IMG/VR virus record: IMGVR_UViG_3300021959_000013
From: an uncultured virus (IMG/VR IMGVR_UViG_3300021959_000013)
Taxonomy: Duplodnaviria; Heunggongvirae; Uroviricota; Caudoviricetes
Reading direction: 5' to 3' (one strand)
DNA length: 64,000 nucleotides
The notes under the pieces were generated by a model. That model did no database searches and was not told the DNA's origin. It worked only from the letters and a program-made list of their open reading frames with translations. Shown piece by piece: positions 17,884-26,073 of the stretch (position 1 is its first letter; every line of letters begins with the position of its first letter). The position numbers were made by a program, and so were the translations under genes.

Positions 17884-18982
17884 TAGTTTATTACTAGTGG
17901 GGTCTGTTTATGCAGACTCCATTGGTGATATTGTTGAATCAACAGGTGTAGGTAAAATAGTACGCCAACAAGAAAATATATCAAACCTCAATAATCTTCC
18001 TATACAATTAAATGATGTAGCAGAAACTGCGATGGGTAGTATGCTTATCAAATTCCTAGATAACGCAGAGTTATCTTTAAAAGAACATTCAGAAGTTTTA
18101 ATAGACGAAATCTATTATGACCCTGACCCAAATTTATCAAAAATGTCTATGAAGTTTACTATGGGAACAGCAAGATTTGCTTCAGGTTCTCTTGGTTTAG
18201 TAAACAAAGCAAACATAGATATACAAACACCAACAGCAACAATAGGAATTCGTGGGACAGACTTCACGACTACCATAGATGAGCTCGGACGAAGCCTTAT
18301 AGTCCTATTGCCAGACGCAAACGGTTCCCCGTCGGGTGAAATCAGTGTCACAAATCTGGGAGGAACAGTGTTATTAACTGAATCTTACCAGGCAACTATG
18401 GTAAGTACACTTGACAGCACTCCTACTACTCCGGTAACTATTAATGGTTTAACACCATCTATGATTGATAATATGTTTATTGTTAATCCACCAACTGAAG
18501 TTAAACAAGCAATCGAAGATGCTGCAGCTGATGAACAAGACCAAGATAGTGGAATGCTTGATGTAGACTTTTTAGAGTTTAATGAATTAGAACAAGACGC
18601 ATTAGCAGATAGCGAAAAAGACTTAGAGTTTTCTGAACTTGATATTGACATGTTAGATGTAGACTTCTTAAAAGATTTATTAGACGTAGTTGAAGCTTTG
18701 GAAAAAACTAGAGTATCTTTATCTGATGCTCAAGGCAGTGGTGGAAATCTAAGTGGATTTACTCTTAAAGGAGCAGCAGTTGGATTTAATAAAGATTCGC
18801 AATTTAATGTTTTTGAACAAGATGGTAATTTAGTTTTCTTTCGTAGCGTAAATGGAGTTATAAATATAATAATAGGAGCTGGTGGTAGTGGATTTATAGA
18901 TGTTATCACTAACGATTACGAAGGCGTAATGCAATTTAATGACGGAGATGGAATTGAGATATATATTAATCAGTCTAATTAG
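17804..18982 (+). CDS. FecR-domain periplasmic protein (start uncertain, 17804 or GTG 17831)
   Basis: Signal ending VYA|D; I.FLD...L.L.EHSEV.ID and IQTPTATIGIRGTDF FecR signature; acidic C-terminal region. Confidence 0.85.
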   Translation: MLLLHWILQVITQSFKLIKKTQLTIVSSLLLVGSVYADSIGDIVESTGVGKIVRQQENISNLNNLPIQLNDVAETAMGSMLIKFLDNAELSLKEHSEVLIDEIYYDPDPNLSKMSMKFTMGTARFASGSLGLVNKANIDIQTPTATIGIRGTDFTTTIDELGRSLIVLLPDANGSPSGEISVTNLGGTVLLTESYQATMVSTLDSTPTTPVTINGLTPSMIDNMFIVNPPTEVKQAIEDAAADEQDQDSGMLDVDFLEFNELEQDALADSEKDLEFSELDIDMLDVDFLKDLLDVVEALEKTRVSLSDAQGSGGNLSGFTLKGAAVGFNKDSQFNVFEQDGNLVFFRSVNGVINIIIGAGGSGFIDVITNDYEGVMQFNDGDGIEIYINQSN

Positions 18983-19592
18983 TTTATCTGTTTTAGCAGA
19001 TGATAATCACGTGCACGTAGAACAAGTAACTGATGGAGATAATGCTAGTATAACTGCAACTCAAATAGGTTATGATAATACTATTAACTTTACATTTGGA
19101 CATCAAAATAATACCTTTGACTTTTTACAATCAGGAAATGGTAATTCTATTTCATGGGTTTCATATTGGGGCTCAGGAAAAGCTTGGGGTGGTGATGTAG
19201 ATGGTTATAATAATAATGAATATGTACGACAATATAACGGTGCAACGTATGGTCGACATATATTAGGAAATAATAATGATGTTGATGTATATCAAAGTGG
19301 AACACATACACATAATTTAGATATTCATGCGAGTGATGTTGTACATGATATAAATCAATCAGGAACAGGAAGTCATTATAACCATACATATTTTTATGGA
19401 AGTACTTCTACATCAGAAACAACAATTGTTCAATCAGGTACTGGTTCTCATAATTCACAAATAAGATTACAAGGTAATCAACCAACAACTTTAAATCTTA
19501 CTCAACAAGGTGGAACAAATCAAACTTATAGTTTAACTCAAAATTGCTTTACCGTAGGCGGATGTACAGTTTCAGTAACACAAGGAAACTAA
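18948..19592 (+). CDS. Exported curlin-repeat protein (CsgA/CsgB-like)
   Basis: Signal ending VLA|D; repeats QIGYDN, QSGNGN, QSGTH, QSGTGSH x2, QQGG; C-terminal CFTVGGC. Confidence 0.75.
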   Translation: MELRYILISLISLSVLADDNHVHVEQVTDGDNASITATQIGYDNTINFTFGHQNNTFDFLQSGNGNSISWVSYWGSGKAWGGDVDGYNNNEYVRQYNGATYGRHILGNNNDVDVYQSGTHTHNLDIHASDVVHDINQSGTGSHYNHTYFYGSTSTSETTIVQSGTGSHNSQIRLQGNQPTTLNLTQQGGTNQTYSLTQNCFTVGGCTVSVTQGN

Positions 19593-20011
19593 TGGCATAT
19601 TCAAAAGAAGTAGTAGATAGGTTCGAATCTGTATTAGCAAATCCAGAAAAACATTCAGTTGGAAGATTTGACCCTAATGATAAAACAGTAATCACAGGTA
19701 TGGTTGGTGCTCCAGCGTGTGGTGATGTAATGAAACTAGATTTAAAAATGAAAGGTAATGTAATAGAAGATGTTAAGTTTAAAACATACGGCTGTGGTTC
19801 AGCAATAGCATCATCAACTCTTTTCGTAGAAATGCTAAAAGGTAAAACAATAGAAGAAGCACAAGCTATTAAAGATAAAGATATAGCAAAAGCTTTACAA
19901 TTACCTCCAATCAAATTGCATTGTTCTGTATTAGCTGAAGATGCAATAAGACAAGCAATATCAAACTGGGAACCCGATACGATGATGGGTCATAATAATC
20001 CACCAGAATAA
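19592..20011 (+). CDS. iscU: Fe-S cluster scaffold IscU
   Basis: GAPACGDVM, FKTYGCGSAIASS, LPPIKLHCSVLAEDA. Confidence 0.95.
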   Translation: MAYSKEVVDRFESVLANPEKHSVGRFDPNDKTVITGMVGAPACGDVMKLDLKMKGNVIEDVKFKTYGCGSAIASSTLFVEMLKGKTIEEAQAIKDKDIAKALQLPPIKLHCSVLAEDAIRQAISNWEPDTMMGHNNPPE

Positions 20012-20322
20012 TGGAACTTACAGATGCAGCAATTAAACAACTTATTGAAAAAACTAAAAACGGTAATGATACGATTAGGATTGGTCTTACTGGTGGCGGG
20101 TGTGCTGGCTTTGAATATATATTCGATTATGAATCCAGAGTTAACAGTAATGACCACGTGTTCGACTATGGAAAGTTTACAATCGTCATTGATGATTTAT
20201 CACTGCCCTATTTTGACAATGCAACATTAGATTATATTATAGAAGGCATTAACGAACAATTTAAAATAATTAACCCAGCTGAAAAATCATCCTGTGGATG
20301 TGGCATTTCAGTTCAGTTTTAG
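20011..20322 (+). CDS. iscA: A-type Fe-S carrier (IscA/HesB family)
   Basis: GGGCAGFEY, NP...SSCGCGIS. Confidence 0.92.
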   Translation: MELTDAAIKQLIEKTKNGNDTIRIGLTGGGCAGFEYIFDYESRVNSNDHVFDYGKFTIVIDDLSLPYFDNATLDYIIEGINEQFKIINPAEKSSCGCGISVQF

Positions 20323-20343
20323 TATTACACAGTATAACACTTT

Positions 20344-22179
20344 ATGAAATATTTAACTTCAATATGGACTACTATATTAATTGGTATTACACTTTTAGGA
20401 GTAAGAATATCAGACCCTCAGTTATTAGAACAATTTAGACTTAGTATATTTGACCAATATATACAATCAATACCAGTAGAACAATCAAACGATATAGTGT
20501 TGATTAACATATCCGAGTCTTCACTCGAAGCCTATGGTCAATACCCTTGGCCACGTCAGAATCACGCAGCGGTGATATCTGATTTACGGAACTCGAACGC
20601 TGGCATGATAGGGTTCACTATTATGTTCCCAGAAGATGACCGTTTCGGCGGTGATGATATCTTTGCCTCGTGGATAAAAAATAATGGTGTTATACTATCT
20701 CAAGATGCAGATTCTAATGGTAGGTCATCAAAAGCTCCTTATGTCGGTTATGCCACGTTTGGTTATTCAGGCGATGTATTAGATTTAACATATCGATATG
20801 GTGGATTGATAACTAATATCGATAAACTAGAATCAGAAGCTTGGGGAGCAGGATTATTAAATGGAGCTCCTGAAGTAGATAATCTTACGAGAAGAATACC
20901 ATTAATGTCTCAAGTTAACGGAGATTTATATCCATCATTTGCATTAGAAACTGTAAGAGCAATGCAGGATAAAAAATCATATACAATAAAGTTAAATGAA
21001 GCTGGAATAGAAAGTATAGTATTAAGACCTTTTATAATACCAACTGATGAGAGAGGAAGTATATGGTTAAAATGGAATACACAGTTTGAATCTATTGATT
21101 ACGATGGAAAACCTTTACCAGATTTAAAAGGAAAGACAGCTATTATAGGAGTAACAGCAAAAGGTATTGTACCACAAGTATCTACGCCAGCTGGGTTGTT
21201 ATATCCTCATGAAATACAAGCAAATGCTTTACAGACAATAATATCAGATAAACCTATATCACGGCCTCAATGGACTTATCTTGCTGAACTTGCAATGATT
21301 CTGATTGGTTCTCTTCTGATTGTATTAACGGTATACTATCTTCCGATATGGGTCGGTGCTGTATCCTTCGTTGCCTCTGCAATCGCTGTAAGCTTTGCTT
21401 CTTATTACGCCTGGTACGAATTTTCTATACTCCTCGATTTATCAGCTACTCTAATAATATATATACTTTTACTCACCTCAGCGAGTTTCAATAATTTTTA
21501 TAAACAATTTGTATTAAGACAACAAGTAAAGAAACAATTTGGTACATATGTATCACCAGATTTAGTAAAACAATTACAGAAGGACCCATCACTCTTAAAG
21601 CTTGGTGGTGAAAGAAAAGAAATGACATTTATGTTTATGGATATATGTGGATTTACTCCAATATCAGAACATTATAAAAACAATGACGACCCAGAAGGAT
21701 TAGTAATTCTTATAAATAATTATTTAGATACGATGACAAAGATTGTTCTTAAGAACGGCGGAACAATAGATAAATTCATGGGTGATTGTATCATGGCATT
21801 TTGGAACGCACCATTACCATGTAAAAACCATGCGGATAAAGCTGTTCAAACATCGATTGAAATATGCGAGGCAGCAGATGAACTTATACAACAACTTGAA
21901 GACCAAGGTTTACCTAGGATTGATATTGGTATTGGTATCAATACCGGTACATGCATCGTCGGAAACATGGGAAGCGAATCTAGATTTGACTATTCCGTCA
22001 TTGGAGATGCCGTCAACCTTGGCGCTCGACTCGAGGGACAAACAAGAAATTATGATGGGGTTCGAGTGTTGTTGGGACCAGAAACATATCGAAGCAGTAC
22101 ATCTAGAGCATTCGCTGAAGTCGATAGAATCCTTGTTAAAGGAAAATCCGAGAAAGTTACAATATACACACCAATCTAA
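20344..22179 (+). CDS. CHASE2-sensor class III adenylate cyclase
   Basis: N-terminal TM; CHASE2 (SLEAYGQYPWPR, FPEDDR); three or more TM helices; catalytic FMDICGFT, DKFMGDCIMAFW, DYSVIGDAVNLGARLE. Confidence 0.93.
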   Translation: MKYLTSIWTTILIGITLLGVRISDPQLLEQFRLSIFDQYIQSIPVEQSNDIVLINISESSLEAYGQYPWPRQNHAAVISDLRNSNAGMIGFTIMFPEDDRFGGDDIFASWIKNNGVILSQDADSNGRSSKAPYVGYATFGYSGDVLDLTYRYGGLITNIDKLESEAWGAGLLNGAPEVDNLTRRIPLMSQVNGDLYPSFALETVRAMQDKKSYTIKLNEAGIESIVLRPFIIPTDERGSIWLKWNTQFESIDYDGKPLPDLKGKTAIIGVTAKGIVPQVSTPAGLLYPHEIQANALQTIISDKPISRPQWTYLAELAMILIGSLLIVLTVYYLPIWVGAVSFVASAIAVSFASYYAWYEFSILLDLSATLIIYILLLTSASFNNFYKQFVLRQQVKKQFGTYVSPDLVKQLQKDPSLLKLGGERKEMTFMFMDICGFTPISEHYKNNDDPEGLVILINNYLDTMTKIVLKNGGTIDKFMGDCIMAFWNAPLPCKNHADKAVQTSIEICEAADELIQQLEDQGLPRIDIGIGINTGTCIVGNMGSESRFDYSVIGDAVNLGARLEGQTRNYDGVRVLLGPETYRSSTSRAFAEVDRILVKGKSEKVTIYTPI

Positions 22180-22486
22180 TTTAGATAAAGAAGTATGGTT
22201 TGCTTGGTATCTAGTAAATGTACTAGATATCTATTCAACAGTAAAAGGATTAAAATATTCTTGTATATATGAAGCCAATCCAACTCTACCAAATGTTCCT
22301 CATAGAGACCATTTAATTATTCATAAAGCTTTTTTGCTTTCCACAATATTTAATCCTGATTCCAAATATTGGAGTGATAGTACTATTAATACATTAAGTT
22401 TTACCATAGGTCTTGCTGTCGTTAATAATACAAAAATTATAAATGAAGCAAAAAACAATCCTAATACCTGTCCTAAACGCGGTTAA
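21878..22486 (+). CDS. Exported or membrane protein overprinted on the cyclase 3' end (DUF5658-like C-terminus)
   Basis: GAGG RBS and ATG 21878; signal MNLYNNLKTKVYLGLILVLVSIPVHA; LDIYSTVKGL...EANP. Confidence 0.6.
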   Translation: MNLYNNLKTKVYLGLILVLVSIPVHASSETWEANLDLTIPSLEMPSTLALDSRDKQEIMMGFECCWDQKHIEAVHLEHSLKSIESLLKENPRKLQYTHQSNLDKEVWFAWYLVNVLDIYSTVKGLKYSCIYEANPTLPNVPHRDHLIIHKAFLLSTIFNPDSKYWSDSTINTLSFTIGLAVVNNTKIINEAKNNPNTCPKRG

Positions 22487-22541
22487 AACTGCTGACATAG
22501 TGATTGTTGTGTAATTATTTTCATTATTTTCCCAAAAGTCC

Positions 22542-22570
22542 TTTACATTTGCTCCGAACTATGGTATAAT
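22542..22570 (+). promoter_or_regulatory. Early sigma70-like promoter
   Basis: TTTACA 22542-22547, TATAAT 22565-22570; RBS GATAAGGAGT 22590-22599. Confidence 0.88.
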
Positions 22571-22603
22571 ATACCCATACAGTTTAAAAGATAAGGAGTT
22601 TAA

Positions 22604-22903
22604 ATGAATATAACAACAATAAAAGAAATCGTTCAAGAATTTGATGGCATCAAATTTACAACAAGTGGTAAAACTTTCGAAGGCTATGTCAAAGAAGTTA
22701 ACGACACTGATATACACGTAAGAGCATATAATAAAGATGAAGTTGAACCTAATGGGTTAGCTAACCATTCTACATATATCTTACCTTACGTAACATTTAA
22801 AGGTATTAATTTAGAATGGTTTTATGAAGGACAAGGCGCTGATAATTCAGCAATTGGAATGTCTGGATATTGGGTTAATGATTTACAAGAGGTAGTAGCA
22901 TAA
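22604..22903 (+). CDS. Early hypothetical protein
   Basis: Strong RBS; first gene after the promoter. Confidence 0.8.
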   Translation: MNITTIKEIVQEFDGIKFTTSGKTFEGYVKEVNDTDIHVRAYNKDEVEPNGLANHSTYILPYVTFKGINLEWFYEGQGADNSAIGMSGYWVNDLQEVVA

Positions 22904-23340
22904 TGAAAATAATATTTGATGTAGACGGAACATTAATGGATGTTGAACACAGAAGACATTTTGTCGAAGGAGTATCAACAGATTGGAAAGCGTTTGAAGA
23001 AGCAACAAAAGATGACACTCGTATGGAGCATGTCTTTGAAGTTGCTGAATCAATGTATGATGCTGGCCATGAAATAGTTATTGTTTCAGCTCGTAAAGAA
23101 AGACAAAGAGAGTTGACTGAACATCAACTTAAACAGACAATGGGCGTATTTTGGTCACATCTTTTTATGAGACCAGATGATAGCTTTGAGCCTGACCATC
23201 AGTTCAAACAAAGAGTTCTTGACGAGCTTATTAAAGCTGACTGGAAACCAGACATGGTATTTGATGACAGAGACCAGGTAGTTGAAATGTGGAGAGCGAA
23301 TGGTATTCCATGTTTTCAAGTTGCACCAGGGAACTTTTAA
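22903..23340 (+). CDS. HAD phosphatase similar to the polynucleotide kinase/phosphatase C-domain
   Basis: FDVDGTL, VSAR, LFMRP.D, FDDRDQVVEMWR..GIPCFQV. Confidence 0.88.
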   Translation: MKIIFDVDGTLMDVEHRRHFVEGVSTDWKAFEEATKDDTRMEHVFEVAESMYDAGHEIVIVSARKERQRELTEHQLKQTMGVFWSHLFMRPDDSFEPDHQFKQRVLDELIKADWKPDMVFDDRDQVVEMWRANGIPCFQVAPGNF

Positions 23341-23341
23341 G

Positions 23342-23467
23342 ATGGGTAAGTTAAGACAATGGTTTAGAAATTGGTTTGATGCTCAAATAGAGAAATCATG
23401 GCAAAGAAAAGCAGATAAAATGTTTGAAAAGCATAGTGTAGAATATAGAGATGGCGATAACACGTAA
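23342..23467 (+). CDS. Small hypothetical protein
   Basis: MGKLRQWFRNWF...DGDNT. Confidence 0.55.
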   Translation: MGKLRQWFRNWFDAQIEKSWQRKADKMFEKHSVEYRDGDNT

Positions 23468-23518
23468 AATGGAACAACACTTTCTCACAATTATTTCACC
23501 TAAAAGTGAAAATAATCC

Positions 23519-23547
23519 TTTACATTTGCTCAAAACTATGGTATAAT
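23519..23547 (+). promoter_or_regulatory. Early sigma70-like promoter
   Basis: TTTACA 23519-23524, TATAAT 23542-23547; RBS TGATAAGGAGT 23568-23578. Confidence 0.88.
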
Positions 23548-23582
23548 ATACATATATTCGGACAAATTGATAAGGAGTTAAT

Positions 23583-24092
23583 ATGAATAAATTAGTAATA
23601 CACACACAATATCTCGAGAACTACGGAGATTCAAAAGACCCGTACATGAAGTTCAAGGGTGGCACTACTTACGTAATGTCTAACTGTGGCGAACTCAATG
23701 AAAATGAGATTGCTACTTTAGTGGCTAGAGTCAAGCCATATATAACCACTGACTTAGTCAAGTCAAACGGTGGTTCAGAAGAATACATCAATGACGTAAA
23801 AGTTGTTCCTCACATGGAGCAAGTTTGCGCTGATTGGGATTCAGTCACTGAGTTTTCTTTTGACCTTTTTGGCCATGTTAATTTCATCAAAATTACTGAC
23901 AACCGTGAAGATGGTTGGATGAGAAAAGAAATTCTCGAAACAACTGAAACATGGACTAACAACCGTAAAAACTATAAGAAAGAATTCTTAATGGATAACG
24001 GCGATTTCTGTATCGGCGATAAAGAAGCTGGAACATGGCTTAAAGAGCATGCAGTAGTAGAATCAAAAATTGAAAGAAACATAACATTTTAA
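23583..24092 (+). CDS. Early hypothetical protein
   Basis: TQYLENYG...KFKGG.TY motif; strong RBS. Confidence 0.8.
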   Translation: MNKLVIHTQYLENYGDSKDPYMKFKGGTTYVMSNCGELNENEIATLVARVKPYITTDLVKSNGGSEEYINDVKVVPHMEQVCADWDSVTEFSFDLFGHVNFIKITDNREDGWMRKEILETTETWTNNRKNYKKEFLMDNGDFCIGDKEAGTWLKEHAVVESKIERNITF

Positions 24093-24102
24093 GGAGTATA
24101 TT

Positions 24103-24297
24103 ATGGAAAGATATTTAATAACAACAGAGTCATATATCTATGCAGAGGACGAGAAAAAAGCAAAGTCACTCGCAGGATATATCCAAGGCAAACAAAGAAA
24201 GCAATACGATAATCAGCATTGCGTAACAAATTTACAGTACGCCCCATTTGGCGGCGGCTTTTCAGAAAAGAATTTAATTGAAGGAGAAATACTATGA
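24103..24297 (+). CDS. Early hypothetical protein
   Basis: TAAGGAG RBS. Confidence 0.75.
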   Translation: MERYLITTESYIYAEDEKKAKSLAGYIQGKQRKQYDNQHCVTNLQYAPFGGGFSEKNLIEGEIL

Positions 24298-24461
24298 ACG
24301 AAGATATCATGAGTCTATTAGAAGACATACAATGTAAGCTAGACAATATGGAAAATCAAATCAACAATATGGCTGGTGAAGTCAGCTCTTTAGGAGATAT
24401 TGAATCAAGAATCGATTCAGTCCAAAGTACTGTTGATTCTATTGAAGGGAGGATTGAATAA
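24294..24461 (+). CDS. Small coiled-coil protein (55 aa)
   Basis: Read manually: MNEDIMSLLEDIQCKLDNMENQ...; AAGGAG RBS; overlaps both neighbours. Confidence 0.65.
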   Translation: MNEDIMSLLEDIQCKLDNMENQINNMAGEVSSLGDIESRIDSVQSTVDSIEGRIE

Positions 24462-24757
24462 TGGCTAAAACATTTAATGCGCTGAAAGCAGAATTACTGC
24501 AAATAAAAGAAGAGATTGAAATGAAAGACATCATTACAAAACTCGATAATCGTAAAGCTAAACTAAAAGAAGAAGCTAAATTACATAAAAAGCTTACACG
24601 TTCAGTAAAGAAAGCAGGCGAACATATGCCAGGCTCTCTTGATTTTAATTCACCAGATAATATGTACTATAGCGAAAAGTCTACAGAAAGATTTCTAGAA
24701 AACAGTTCTTATATGGATGCTTATAACGCGTCTAAACTAGACCAGGAGTGGAACTAA
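24461..24757 (+). CDS. Hypothetical protein
   Basis: GGAGG RBS; 98 aa. Confidence 0.7.
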   Translation: MAKTFNALKAELLQIKEEIEMKDIITKLDNRKAKLKEEAKLHKKLTRSVKKAGEHMPGSLDFNSPDNMYYSEKSTERFLENSSYMDAYNASKLDQEWN

Positions 24758-24933
24758 TGAGTGTATTACATAAAATAATCTCTTTGCAAGATGCAAGAGA
24801 TAGAGCACAGGACCCAGACTTTAAACTGTTATGGGAACAAAAAAGATTAGAGTTGATAAGACTCGCAGAAAGAGGAGAAAGAGGACAATGGGCCAATACG
24901 ACGAAAGAGTTGAAAAGCAACGAAATAAACTAG
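24748..24933 (+). CDS. Hypothetical protein
   Basis: RAQDPDFKLLW motif; start may be ATG 24757. Confidence 0.6.
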   Translation: MELMSVLHKIISLQDARDRAQDPDFKLLWEQKRLELIRLAERGERGQWANTTKELKSNEIN

Positions 24934-25157
24934 CAGCTGAAGAGTGGGCAAAAGGAGTTAAATGTCTACATGCGCATTCAGTAAGCTCAATGCATTATGA
25001 TGATAGACCGCAAGATACAGCTGATGGCAAATGCGTAACTGATGTGGAATATAACGATGGTAGTGTTAATAGAACATTATCAAACGGAGAAACTGTAATA
25101 CTTGGTAAAGCTTTAAGAGGCCAAGACTTAATAGATGCATATACAAAATATATGTAA
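24888..25157 (+). CDS. Hypothetical protein
   Basis: GAGGA RBS before ATG 24888. Confidence 0.7.
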   Translation: MGQYDERVEKQRNKLAAEEWAKGVKCLHAHSVSSMHYDDRPQDTADGKCVTDVEYNDGSVNRTLSNGETVILGKALRGQDLIDAYTKYM

Positions 25158-25163
25158 TAATCC

Positions 25164-25192
25164 TTTACATTTACAAAGAACTATGGTATAAT
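25164..25192 (+). promoter_or_regulatory. Early sigma70-like promoter
   Basis: TTTACA 25164-25169, TATAAT 25187-25192. Confidence 0.85.
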
Positions 25193-25199
25193 ATACATT

Positions 25200-25460
25200 A
25201 TGAATCCAAAACAAAAATACTTAAAAGAAACTCGTAACTTTAATGGTGGTATACAAAAGATATATGAATTTCCTAATGGCTATGGCGCTAGCGTCATAAA
25301 GCATAAAGGTTCTTATGGCTATCTTAATGGCTTATGGGAACTTGCTGTATTAGATGTTGATGGTTCATTATGTTATACCACTGAAATAACAGACGATGTT
25401 ATAGGGCATCTCAATGACCCTGAAGTTGATGCGATATTAAGGAGAATCAAACAATTATGA
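25200..25460 (+). CDS. Conserved phage hypothetical protein
   Basis: FPNGYGASVI...SYG...LWELAVL...DVIGHL motif. Confidence 0.8.
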   Translation: MNPKQKYLKETRNFNGGIQKIYEFPNGYGASVIKHKGSYGYLNGLWELAVLDVDGSLCYTTEITDDVIGHLNDPEVDAILRRIKQL

Positions 25461-25588
25461 AAAATAAAACAAAACGTCCAGTGAGTACGCTAACTCACAC
25501 AACAAGAGAAGTTGCAATTCATTTCCTAGCATGGAGAGAAAAGCAAAAACAAAAGACCATGATAGGTCATAATGGAGGACCTAAGTAA
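25457..25588 (+). CDS. Small basic protein ending in IGHNGGPK (43 aa)
   Basis: Read manually; AAGGAG RBS; overlaps both neighbours. Confidence 0.6.
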   Translation: MKNKTKRPVSTLTHTTREVAIHFLAWREKQKQKTMIGHNGGPK

Positions 25589-25944
25589 TGGCAGTAACAA
25601 GTTTTTATATGGGTTCACTTAGATATTCACCTTGTGGCAGAAAGAGAAAAAATCATGCTGCTAACAGAGTTAAAAAGAAACCAGTAGCTTTTCAATCAGT
25701 AGCTTTAAAGCAATCTCAATTAGAGAAGATAAGAGAAAGACAAGCAGTACAATACAATTCTATAATGGAAGAATATATGAAGTCTGGTGAGTATCATAAA
25801 ATTAAAAGCGATTGTACTAAACAGGAGCCAATGAAATACACTGGCACATTAGTAAAAGGTATTGCCACTATGCATAAGTCAAATGCTGTACCAGTTATAT
25901 CTCAGCAAGAAGCAGAAGATATCGCTAAAATGAGGAGAAACTAA
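25588..25944 (+). CDS. Conserved T4-like hypothetical protein
   Basis: YTGTLVKGIATMHKSNAVPV motif. Confidence 0.8.
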   Translation: MAVTSFYMGSLRYSPCGRKRKNHAANRVKKKPVAFQSVALKQSQLEKIRERQAVQYNSIMEEYMKSGEYHKIKSDCTKQEPMKYTGTLVKGIATMHKSNAVPVISQQEAEDIAKMRRN

Positions 25945-26066
25945 TGAATACAATATTTAGTGTATTAATAATGATATGTGCAGCATGGTTCGCATATATG
26001 TCATCACATGTTGCTGAAGAACAAAGGAAAGGTAAACATATACCTTTACCTTGGGAGAAAGATTAA
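25944..26066 (+). CDS. Small membrane protein (40 aa)
   Basis: MNTIFSVLIMICAAWFAYMSSHV...PLPWEKD; GAGGAG RBS. Confidence 0.6.
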   Translation: MNTIFSVLIMICAAWFAYMSSHVAEEQRKGKHIPLPWEKD

Positions 26067-26073
26067 TTGTTTT

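Noticed and set aside
20344..22179. Pycsar/CBASS-type defence cyclase
   Set aside because: The architecture is a membrane CHASE2 sensor cyclase with an adenine-type Lys, and no cyclic-nucleotide-binding effector is adjacent.
23491..23515. CRP/cAMP-responsive site near an early promoter
   Set aside because: The inverted repeat TTTCAC-N6-GTGAAA has half-sites in the opposite orientation to TGTGA-N6-TCACA and occurs only once.
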